DNA of 15,817 bases, taken from contig JALGVI010000092.1 of NCBI GenBank assembly GCA_029838215.1, positions 1-15,817 on the forward strand, read 5' to 3'. The notes below the pieces were generated by a model that was given only the letters and a program-made list of their open reading frames with translations, did not search any database and was not told the DNA's origin. The translations under genes were made by a program, and so were the position numbers. Of the stretch, positions 1-8,205 are shown in pieces (the stretch's first letter is position 1; each line of letters starts with the position of its first letter). The DNA is from Candidatus Helarchaeota archaeon (GTDB lineage Archaea; Asgardarchaeota; Lokiarchaeia; Helarchaeales; RDOG01).

Positions 1-408
1 CAAATATAAATGATTTGTTTTAAAAATGCTTTAATCTCTTTTGAATCGTAAAATCTTAAATCAAAATCGATTAAGATGAGAATTAATCCAATATTTTTCA
101 AATATGAATATGATTTAACGAAATTTACGTGCTGTAAGAAAATGTAAAAAAAATAGCATTTGGGTGACTATTAAAAGTAATTTACTACTAAAAAATTGAC
201 GTATTCTCCTTTGACTAATCCATGTCTGAGTGATAATAAAAAATGTTTAGAAAGATCGTCTCTAAGACCAAGACAAGTGAATCCGTCAACATGATTAGTT
301 GAAATTTGCCGCCAAATGATTTTTAACTTACAAGTTTTATTTATGTGATGATAAAACCGATTAGCCACAAGGATAAAATGAGAAGTATATAATTTTTTGG
401 TGTTTTTA

Positions 409-1698
409 ATGGTTAATTTAAAGTTTAAATACGGAAGTGAAGTTCTCACCGTAAATGTGCCTGATGAACATTTCATGGGTGAACTCCTACCTTATGAAAA
501 AGAAGGTGTCCCTGATGTCGCACGGGAAGTCGAACGTGCACTTGACGACCCAATAAAAAGCAAGAAAGTTGAGGAAATAGCACGCGATAAAGTTCGTCCT
601 GGCGGAAAAATAGTAGTTCTCGCAGACGACTATACTAGAGGCACTCCTGCATACCTGATGATTCCTCCCATTCTCAACCGCTTGAATTCTGTTGGCATTA
701 AAGATGATCAAGTCAAAGTAATATTTGCTACGGGAACGCATCGACCAACGAAACCAGAAGAAGCAAAACAACTCTTGGGAGAAGAAGTTTTGAAACGGGT
801 AAAATGGCAGGATCATGATTGTCAGGCTTCTGATTTGGTGAGTGTGGGAAAAACTAGTTATGGAAATGAAGTGAAGATTAACAAGGAAGTCGCTGATGCT
901 GATTTAATAATCGGAACGGGAAATATTGGCTTTCACTATTATGCAGGATTCGGTGGTGGAAGAAAAATCATCTTACCGGGTGTTTCCTCGAAAGAAACAA
1001 TCAATCGTAATCACGGAATGCTGATAGATCCAAAAGCGGTAACAGGGAATCTAGATGGAAATCCCGTTCATGAGGACATGATGGAAGCAGCGCGATTAGC
1101 GGGTTTGGATTCCATCATCAATCTCGTTAAAAATGGAAAAGGAGAAGTCGTTCGCGTTGTGGCTGGAGAATTTGAAGCCGCTCATGCTGAAGGTGTTAAG
1201 ATTTATGACGAAATGTTCCGGGTAAAAGTCAAGGAAAAAGCAGATATTGTTATTTGTTGTGCAGGCGGTTATCCAAAAGATATTAATCTATACCAAGCCT
1301 TAAAAGCCATCGACAATGCCAAATTTCTCGTGAAAGATGGGGGTGTCATCATAGCAGCTCTGGAATGCCGTGAAGGAATAGGACACGCCGTCTATACTCA
1401 GTGGGCGGTTGAATGCAAGCGTGACAGCATTCAAGAAACTTGTAAAGCTCTTACCGAACGTATTCGAACTGATTTTGTAATGGGTGGTCATAAAGCCTAT
1501 TACGTGGCATCTGTTCTTCAATACAGCAACATCATTCTCGTTTCATCACTTGACCCGAAAGAGGTCGAAGAAATTTATTGGATGAAACCGGCAAAAGACC
1601 TAGATGAAGCTCTGAAAAAAGCCATTGAGATAACTGGAAATGATGCAAAAATCATTGCAATGCCATTAGGTGGGCATACGCTTCCAAAAGTCGAATGA
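409..1698 (+). CDS. larA: Nickel-pincer-nucleotide-dependent lactate racemase family protein (LarA-like 2-hydroxyacid racemase/epimerase)
   Basis: Motifs DDYTR, ATGTHR, GFHYYAGFGGGRKIILPGV (catalytic His, cofactor-binding Lys), INRNH, GNPVHEDM and GGYPKDINLYQALKA match LarA. Start moved from TTG397 to ATG409 because GGTG (399-402) lies 6 nt upstream. Confidence 0.93.
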   Translation: MVNLKFKYGSEVLTVNVPDEHFMGELLPYEKEGVPDVAREVERALDDPIKSKKVEEIARDKVRPGGKIVVLADDYTRGTPAYLMIPPILNRLNSVGIKDDQVKVIFATGTHRPTKPEEAKQLLGEEVLKRVKWQDHDCQASDLVSVGKTSYGNEVKINKEVADADLIIGTGNIGFHYYAGFGGGRKIILPGVSSKETINRNHGMLIDPKAVTGNLDGNPVHEDMMEAARLAGLDSIINLVKNGKGEVVRVVAGEFEAAHAEGVKIYDEMFRVKVKEKADIVICCAGGYPKDINLYQALKAIDNAKFLVKDGGVIIAALECREGIGHAVYTQWAVECKRDSIQETCKALTERIRTDFVMGGHKAYYVASVLQYSNIILVSSLDPKEVEEIYWMKPAKDLDEALKKAIEITGNDAKIIAMPLGGHTLPKVE

Positions 1699-1704
1699 AA
1701 TCAT

Positions 1705-3153
1705 TCAAAATTTCTTTTTTTCTTTTAGAAATGGCAAGATTTCTCTTACGAAAAGCGCAAAAATTTTTTTTCCAATTATGCCATCTCCTTTAGATGAGAG
1801 ACGGTTTAACTTCACTTGCCTCAGAAGTTTTTGAATGCCTTGCGAGTTCAGGTAAAAGCATGTGTGGTCTTTTAAAGAAATCATTTCTCTCTTTGTTTCT
1901 ATCCAATAGAAATTGCCTTCTCTAAATGCATTTGGATGTTTATCTTTGAATCTCCTGACATTCTGTTCTTCGTTCACGTGGGGTCCTTTGTGACGATATG
2001 TTTCAGCGAGACGTGAAGATTCGCATGCAAGAATTAAAGCAAACTCTGGCGGTTCGAAATAAACTTCAAAAAAAACAGGGCCAAACCTTCGCTCACCCGT
2101 CTGTTCAAGCTCCAAGAACTTAGATAGACGTCGACCAAATGAATATAACTTGTCCCTGATCTCCGTATAATGCACGTCCTCGATAATCTGCTGGAACTCA
2201 AGCACGATTGTCGCCGGAATGCCCTGAACATCCGCTACAGAAAGAGGTTCAATTTTTTTCGGTAAAAAGAACTCTTCTGAAGGATTTTCACGAAATTTAT
2301 CAATTTTGTAACTCACGAACTCATAACTTCTTTCAGAAATGCTTGCCGCAAGATTTCTTCTTGGATCCGTGGGGTCAATAATGACCAGAGCACTTTTAAC
2401 AAAGTTCGTATCCTCTAAAAGTTCCTCTCTTGTCCTTGAAAAGAAGTCTATGGGCGTGTTCTTCAAAGATTCGAAATTCTTAAAAACGCACTCGATTGAA
2501 TTAAAATGATATATTAAAATTTCAGCAGAGAAACCCGTAAATCCCATCTGTCCAATAGCCGACTTGTCCCCATATGCACGACAAGTGATGAAAAATGATT
2601 TTAATAATCTGACATCTTCAATTTGCTGAGATGTTAATGAATTTTTTATCAATCTGGTATGGTGCGGCGTGCGGTCTACAGCCGTGATGGTGCCGTGTTG
2701 TCTTATTTCTTCCAGCTTTAAATCAAAGCATCCTACAATATCAATTTCGAAATGATCTTTATGAGCTGAAGCATAAGGATGTTCAGCATAAGAAATATGG
2801 ACATCTTCGCACTGGCAGTCCTGAAGGGCTGGAACAAACCATGAATCGACAAGACCTGCTAAATAATTCCTGATGGACTCTCTACTCTTTTTCTTAGTAT
2901 CTAATAGGTAACTGGAAATATGGCTTTTCTTTAATATGACAAACAAGTCAATATCACTTGCCCCTTTCAACATCGTCTGTTTTTGTCCCGTAGATCCTTG
3001 AGTTTCTAACCGGTAATCTGTAATCCTGAGTTCCGAGGCCCTACGAGTTAACGATGTTTTTATACTTTTTATTATCCCCTGTAATTGCTCCAATTCCTTT
3101 TCATCAGGAGATATGAGCGGTAATACCCTTTCTCTAATCTGATTCCAATCCAT
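1705..3153 (-). CDS. cca: Archaeal class I CCA-adding enzyme (tRNA nucleotidyltransferase)
   Basis: Nucleotidyltransferase signature GS...SDIDLFV plus archaeal CCA motifs YAEHPY, EIDIVGC, AVDRTPHHT, VRLLK..YG and IDPTDPRRNLAASIS; 482 aa. Confidence 0.96.
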   Translation of the reverse strand: MDWNQIRERVLPLISPDEKELEQLQGIIKSIKTSLTRRASELRITDYRLETQGSTGQKQTMLKGASDIDLFVILKKSHISSYLLDTKKKSRESIRNYLAGLVDSWFVPALQDCQCEDVHISYAEHPYASAHKDHFEIDIVGCFDLKLEEIRQHGTITAVDRTPHHTRLIKNSLTSQQIEDVRLLKSFFITCRAYGDKSAIGQMGFTGFSAEILIYHFNSIECVFKNFESLKNTPIDFFSRTREELLEDTNFVKSALVIIDPTDPRRNLAASISERSYEFVSYKIDKFRENPSEEFFLPKKIEPLSVADVQGIPATIVLEFQQIIEDVHYTEIRDKLYSFGRRLSKFLELEQTGERRFGPVFFEVYFEPPEFALILACESSRLAETYRHKGPHVNEEQNVRRFKDKHPNAFREGNFYWIETKREMISLKDHTCFYLNSQGIQKLLRQVKLNRLSSKGDGIIGKKIFALFVREILPFLKEKKKF

Positions 3154-3328
3154 CTCGATTTTTTTTCCTTAATTTTTATTTAATACTCATATTGAAATTG
3201 ATTCATTTAAGATACTTCAAATTTCTTTTTTAATTTTTCAAATATAATGATTCGTTGATACATGTTAGAAATACCTACTCAAATTTATCGGAGAAAAAAA
3301 TAAATAGAACGAAACTTTTTAAAACTCA

Positions 3329-3997
3329 ATGAATCGCCAAGAATCAATAAATAAATTCATGACCTTTTTAAACGAAAAATCCCTTCTTCATTTGGGTATG
3401 AATACTGGTTTTATGTGGCAATTATTTAGCGTTGACGATGCATTGGCACTTAGTGAACCACTGGGGCACCTCAAGCACAATGAAAATCTTGATTACTTAA
3501 TCCAAAGAGCGGCAAAATTTCGTTCAAAAATTCCAAATTGTAACGTCGTCATTCGTTATTTCTTGGATCAATTCATCATTTCATGCGATACTTCGACAAG
3601 TATTTTAAACCTCCTTCGTGAAATGGATAAACTCGTGAATGATAAGATACCGAACGAACAGCTTACCATTCCATATAAGATAATTTCATATAAACTCCAG
3701 ATATTAGAATCACGGGGCGAATTTCCCTCTGAAATAGAAGTTGATGAAGTCATTGAAGAGTCCCAACAGATCGACATGGCTTGCAAGAACGTCTATGAAA
3801 TTTTCATGGGAAAAGAAAAGTGTCATTATCTCGGAATGACTTATAAAATCGAAAATAATAGCCCAATGGCAACAATGCTGAGCGTGGGGGAACACACGAT
3901 CCTTTGCGGTTCCATACAAGGAATTAAAATTGCCGGTCTTCTCTATCTCATTAATGAATATCATGATATAATCGAGAAATATTACGAATCCATTTAA
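3329..3997 (+). CDS. Hypothetical protein with a probable divergent Roadblock/LC7 (MglB/LAMTOR-like) C-terminal domain
   Basis: 222-aa ORF filling the gap between divergent neighbours. Residues ~92-220 follow the helix-b-b-helix-b-b-b-helix pattern, ending MLSVGEHTILCGSIQGIKIAGLLYLINEYHDIIEKYY. Fold call is by eye. ATG3359 is an alternative start. Confidence 0.6.
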   Translation: MNRQESINKFMTFLNEKSLLHLGMNTGFMWQLFSVDDALALSEPLGHLKHNENLDYLIQRAAKFRSKIPNCNVVIRYFLDQFIISCDTSTSILNLLREMDKLVNDKIPNEQLTIPYKIISYKLQILESRGEFPSEIEVDEVIEESQQIDMACKNVYEIFMGKEKCHYLGMTYKIENNSPMATMLSVGEHTILCGSIQGIKIAGLLYLINEYHDIIEKYYESI

Positions 3998-4225
3998 TCT
4001 ACTCGAATTTCACGTCAAATAAGACGAAAAAAAAGCATTTTATTTTATATTTAAAGCAAAAATTTCAACACAAACTGGTGGGTTTTAGTGCGATTCTCAC
4101 CAATCTTCATGAGTTTTCTTCCTTCTAAGCAAGGAAAGAAAAGACTTATATCAAAAATTCACATTCATTCTTTGTCTCTTGTTTATCAATGATTATATCA
4201 TTTCAATTCTGGTTGGTTTGAAACG

Positions 4226-5092
4226 TTGAATGATAACATCAATAAATATGAAGGTTCTGACGATTATATCGCATCGGAAGAATTATCAAGCATAGTTAAT
4301 GCCTCCATTGTGTTAGGACGTCCGCTATTAGTTCGAGGTGAACCCGGAACTGGTAAAACCTTGCTAGCAATGAGTATTGCAAAAAGCCTAAACAAAAAAC
4401 TCATAATTTGGAATATTAAATCAACTACCAAAGCCAAAGATGGTTTATATGTTTATGATACCGTCCAACGCCTCAATGATAGTCGGTTTGGTGATAAGGA
4501 TGTTTCGGATATCGAGCAGTATATCCGATTGGGTGAACTTGGGCAAGCCTTTGATGCAGATGAGCAAGTTGTCCTCCTCATTGATGAAATTGATAAAGCG
4601 GATATCGAATTCCCAAACGACCTACTTAATGAATTGGATGAAATGGCATTTAGAGTCATCGAAACTGGGCGTCTAGTTAAAGCAAAATATAGACCCATTG
4701 TGATAATAACTTCGAATAATGAAAAGGAACTTCCTGATGCGTTTTTAAGGCGTTGTGTTTTCCACTATATTGAATTCCCGGATAAAAAACTCATGCGCAA
4801 GATCGTGAATGTTCATCATCCAAATCTGGAGAAGAATTTATTGGATCAAATCTTGACAAAGTTTTATGAGTTGCGTTCCATCAATACCCTGAAGAAAAAA
4901 CCATCTACCAGCGAATTAATTGATTGGATTGCTGTTCTTCTACGCTTTGGGATAACTGAAGAAAAACTTGCTGAGGAAATTCCATTCTTGGGATCTTTGA
5001 TAAAAAAAGAACAAGATTTAATGGAGATTTCTCGAGTTTCGCGCCAAAAGTCATATAAATCCTATGAATCACCCTCTAGGAGTTATTACTAA
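4226..5092 (+). CDS. MoxR-family AAA+ ATPase (PA2707-like subfamily)
   Basis: Walker A GEPGTGKT, Walker B LLIDEIDKAD, sensor/Arg-finger ITSNNEKELPDAFLRRC, and KKPSTSELIDW. TTG4226 is the only start codon after the in-frame TGA at 4190-4192. Confidence 0.93.
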   Translation: MNDNINKYEGSDDYIASEELSSIVNASIVLGRPLLVRGEPGTGKTLLAMSIAKSLNKKLIIWNIKSTTKAKDGLYVYDTVQRLNDSRFGDKDVSDIEQYIRLGELGQAFDADEQVVLLIDEIDKADIEFPNDLLNELDEMAFRVIETGRLVKAKYRPIVIITSNNEKELPDAFLRRCVFHYIEFPDKKLMRKIVNVHHPNLEKNLLDQILTKFYELRSINTLKKKPSTSELIDWIAVLLRFGITEEKLAEEIPFLGSLIKKEQDLMEISRVSRQKSYKSYESPSRSYY

Positions 5093-6256
5093 GTGCTTAT
5101 TGACTTTTTCTACTTATTGAAAGAGAAAAAGGTCCCCGTGACAATTACTGAGTGGCTTACTTATATGGAAGCCCTTTCAAAAGGTCTTCACAATTGTAAT
5201 TTTGATGATTTCTATTTTCTAACTCGATCCCTGCTCGTGAAAAATGAATGTTATTTCGATGCATTTGACCAATGTTTTGCGCACTATTTCAAGGATGTCG
5301 AAATGACTCTGACAATTGATGAAGAAGTCTTAAAATGGCTCATGGATCCAAAGAATCAAAAATATCTCACGCCTGAAGAATTACGACTCCTCCAACATTT
5401 GAATGTTGAAGAACTCCGCAGGCTTCTCGAAGAACGCCTTAAAGAACAAAAAGAACGACATGATGGTGGCTCTCGGTGGATTGGAACCGGTGGCACATCT
5501 CCGTTCGGGATCATGGGTGAACATCCTACTGGAATAAGCTTTGGAGGTTCTCGTAATCGTTCGATGGCAATGAAATATGCTTTTGAACGACGTTATCGGA
5601 ATTACCGCCACGACCTTACTCTAGACATACGGCAAATTCAAATGGCATTAAAAAAATTACGCGTGCTGAGACGAATAGGCGTGCCCGATGAACTGGACCT
5701 CGAAGAAACAATCGATGAAACCTGTAAAAATGCTGGAGAACTCGAACTCATTTTTCGTCCCGAACGCAAGAATCGCGTTAAAATCATTCTAATGATGGAC
5801 ACCGGTGGATCAATGGACCCGTACGCCCATATTGTAAATCAACTCTTTTCCGCAGCATATTCGCTGAAATTCTTCAAGGATTTTCAATACTTCTTCTTCC
5901 ATAATTGCGTGTATCAATATATTTACAAGGATATGATGAATACTCAGTCAAAAAAAATCGCCACGACTGATTTAATGCGAAAATACGATAAAAATTACAA
6001 ACTGATAGTCGTTGGTGATGCATACATGCATCCTTCCGAACTCACGGAACCCGGCGGTGCAATCTATTACTCTGATGATCCTGATGGCACTCCCGGCTTG
6101 GTCTGGCTCAAACGCTTGAGAGATCATTTTAAAAAATCCGTGTGGCTAAATCCAACGAATCACTCGAGTTGGACCGTCTCAACAATTGGAAAAATCTTTC
6201 CCATGTACCGCCTGACAATAAATGGTTTAGAAGATGCTGTCAAGTGCTTGCTATAA
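5093..6256 (+). CDS. VWA-domain (CoxE-like, PA2705-type) partner of the MoxR ATPase
   Basis: EQKERHDGGSRWIGTGGTSPFG motif, LDLEETIDETCKNAG, MIDAS-like DTGGSMD, VGDAYMHPSE, WLNP. GTG start directly follows the MoxR TAA (translational coupling). Confidence 0.9.
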   Translation: MLIDFFYLLKEKKVPVTITEWLTYMEALSKGLHNCNFDDFYFLTRSLLVKNECYFDAFDQCFAHYFKDVEMTLTIDEEVLKWLMDPKNQKYLTPEELRLLQHLNVEELRRLLEERLKEQKERHDGGSRWIGTGGTSPFGIMGEHPTGISFGGSRNRSMAMKYAFERRYRNYRHDLTLDIRQIQMALKKLRVLRRIGVPDELDLEETIDETCKNAGELELIFRPERKNRVKIILMMDTGGSMDPYAHIVNQLFSAAYSLKFFKDFQYFFFHNCVYQYIYKDMMNTQSKKIATTDLMRKYDKNYKLIVVGDAYMHPSELTEPGGAIYYSDDPDGTPGLVWLKRLRDHFKKSVWLNPTNHSSWTVSTIGKIFPMYRLTINGLEDAVKCLL

Positions 6257-6461
6257 AATAAAGCATCTAAAATCAAATTTTGAAAAATAAAGATAAGCAT
6301 TGAACAATTTAACAAGAATTATGAATCAAAAATCTTAATTCTGTTCTAATACCAATTAAGATTTCAAACAAAATATCCACGTTCTCCAAAATCTTGAAAA
6401 TCTAGCCTGCCTAAAAGTTTATTTAATTGAAAAACTATTCTAGACTAAAATAATTAATCGC

Positions 6462-7100
6462 GTGTTTAACATGGCACCTGAAGACGCCTCCTATGCTGAG
6501 TTGGAGATTAAGATACCCGAAAAAGTTTGGTTACACGCAATTAGTTTGCAATTTCCCAAAACACAATTTGAGATACAAACGATTCTACCAACAGAAACAT
6601 TTATAGGGAATGCTTTAATTCGTATTTCAGGTCCAAAATTAGACGGTATTATCGAGGCAATTCAAAATCATCCTTCTTTGGTTCAACTGGACTTATTTTC
6701 AAAGAGCGAAGACTCCTATCTCATAAACGTGAAAACAAGAGACCCTTATCTTTTAGTTTCTTTGATAAAGAGCGAAGTTCTATTAGAATATCCAATTCGA
6801 GTTCAGAATGGATGGACGAGTTGGAAAGTCATTTCAAATCGAGAAAAAATTTCCACGCTAATTGATAAACTAAATGAAAGAAACGTGATTTTTAAGTTAA
6901 AACAAATTTCCCCATATAAAGATAAGGTTTCTCTCACGAAACGACAGATGGAGATTCTCGATTTAGCTTTAAAATATGGTTATTACGAAATTCCCCGTAA
7001 AATCACGCTCACGGAATTAGCAAAAAAAATAAACATGTCCAAATCTTCATTGTCCGAGATCCTAAGGCGAATAACGAAAAAAAGAATAACTGACTTGTGA
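6462..7100 (+). CDS. Archaeal transcriptional regulator with a C-terminal bacterio-opsin-activator-type HTH (HTH_10)
   Basis: C-terminal LTKRQMEILDLALKYGYYEIPRKITLTELAKKINMSKSSLSEILRR matches the HTH_10 pattern, after a ~150-aa N-terminal sensor-like domain. Start is GTG6462 or ATG6471. Confidence 0.88.
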   Translation: MFNMAPEDASYAELEIKIPEKVWLHAISLQFPKTQFEIQTILPTETFIGNALIRISGPKLDGIIEAIQNHPSLVQLDLFSKSEDSYLINVKTRDPYLLVSLIKSEVLLEYPIRVQNGWTSWKVISNREKISTLIDKLNERNVIFKLKQISPYKDKVSLTKRQMEILDLALKYGYYEIPRKITLTELAKKINMSKSSLSEILRRITKKRITDL

Positions 7101-7152
7101 AAACGGTTGAACGATTTCTCATATTTTTCAAATTGATGAAATAAATTTAATA

Positions 7153-7169
7153 GAAAAGAATTTTAAATA
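7153..7169 (+). promoter_or_regulatory. BRE + TATA box for secE-spt5
   Basis: Purine-rich GAAAAGAA followed by TTTTAAATA, about 57 nt upstream of ATG7227. Confidence 0.55.
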
Positions 7170-7226
7170 TCTTATTAGTTGAAAATAAATAAACTTAGAA
7201 AAAAAAAGATTGGTTGTCAGGTCAAG

Positions 7227-7451
7227 ATGAAAATAAACATTATTGGACGTATTAAGAAATTCTGGAGTGATTCCAAACGTGTCTTAAAATTAGCCCGAAA
7301 ACCTACTTTAAAAGAAACTCGGCTCACTATTAGGATTTCTGCATTGGGTGTCGTGCTAATGGGATTTGTTGGTTTCGGTATTAAACTTTTATTTGACTTT
7401 ATCATGTTTATTTTGACCAGTGGATTTATTCACAATCTCATTTTTCCTTAA
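7227..7451 (+). CDS. secE: Protein translocase subunit SecE / Sec61-gamma
   Basis: FWSDSKRVLKLARKP amphipathic helix followed by TM segment LGVVLMGFVGFGIKLL; immediately upstream of spt5, the conserved archaeal order. ATG7227 preferred over TTG7179. Confidence 0.92.
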   Translation: MKINIIGRIKKFWSDSKRVLKLARKPTLKETRLTIRISALGVVLMGFVGFGIKLLFDFIMFILTSGFIHNLIFP

Positions 7452-7513
7452 AGCATTCAAAATGATCATTCAAGAAATGAAGTATTCAACGTAAAAAAAG
7501 AATTGTGATGATA

Positions 7514-8143
7514 ATGTCTCCAAGCACTACTATCTTTACTGTTAAAACCGTTGTTGGACAAGAAAAAGCCTTAATAAATTTCGTAAAAAATCCTCAAATT
7601 AAGGCCATACTCGTTCCCGAGACCATTAAAGGATATGTTTTTGTTGAGGCAACAGGACCACAACCTGTTCAAGAATTGATTGCGCGAGTCCCTCAATTAC
7701 ACGGTAGATTGATTCAAGGAAAAGTTACATTGGATGAAATTGATGTATTTCTGAAGTCAAAAAAGGGCACGGAAGGTTTGGACACGGGCGATATTGTAGA
7801 AGTCATTAGCGGGCCGTTCAGAGGTGAAAAAGCTAAAGTTACTCGCGTTGATCCAAATAAGGATGAAGTAAAGCTTGAACTCTTTGAATCACAATCATTT
7901 CCAATTCCTATTAAAGTCCATGCCGATTACGTGAAACTTCTTGAAAAAGGAGAGCAGGAAGACCTCATTATCCAACCGATAGCCCAAAAGAAAGAGAAGG
8001 AAATTTTCAAAGGATTTGAAGAAGAGGATGAAGATACTGGAGAATGGGTTGGTACAACTCCTGCATCACGTGCGGAAACGGTACACGGTGATGATGAAGA
8101 AGACGAAGAAGATGAAGACGACATCTTTGGAATGAAATCCTAG
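7514..8143 (+). CDS. spt5: Transcription elongation factor Spt5 (NusG family) with acidic C-terminal extension
   Basis: NGN motifs GQE and KGYVFVEA; KOW domain GDIVEVISGPFRGEKAKV...IPIKVHADYV. Start uncertain among GTG7505, ATG7508 and ATG7514 (GTGA upstream favours 7514). Confidence 0.96.
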   Translation: MSPSTTIFTVKTVVGQEKALINFVKNPQIKAILVPETIKGYVFVEATGPQPVQELIARVPQLHGRLIQGKVTLDEIDVFLKSKKGTEGLDTGDIVEVISGPFRGEKAKVTRVDPNKDEVKLELFESQSFPIPIKVHADYVKLLEKGEQEDLIIQPIAQKKEKEIFKGFEEEDEDTGEWVGTTPASRAETVHGDDEEDEEDEDDIFGMKS

Positions 8144-8205
8144 TCTCATCATTTCTTTTCAAAAATCCTTCAGACCTAACTAAACGTCAATTAACATCGC
8201 GGAGA

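Noticed and set aside
215-292. 25-aa hydrophobic minus-strand ORF (MLTDSLVLVLETIFLNIFYYHSDMD)
   Set aside because: No SD or promoter support; such ORFs are expected by chance in AT-rich DNA.
1693-1706. Inverted repeat GAATGA-aa-TCATTC spanning the larA and cca stop codons
   Set aside because: Short 6-bp arms partly generated by convergent TGA stops; weak evidence for function.
7179-7226. N-terminal extension of SecE from TTG7179
   Set aside because: Lys/Asn-rich translation of an A-rich leader just downstream of the TATA; ATG7227 gives a canonical-length SecE.
8089-8121. GAT/GAA/GAC triplet run as a VNTR or microsatellite
   Set aside because: Degenerate codons of the Spt5 Asp/Glu tract, explained by protein composition.
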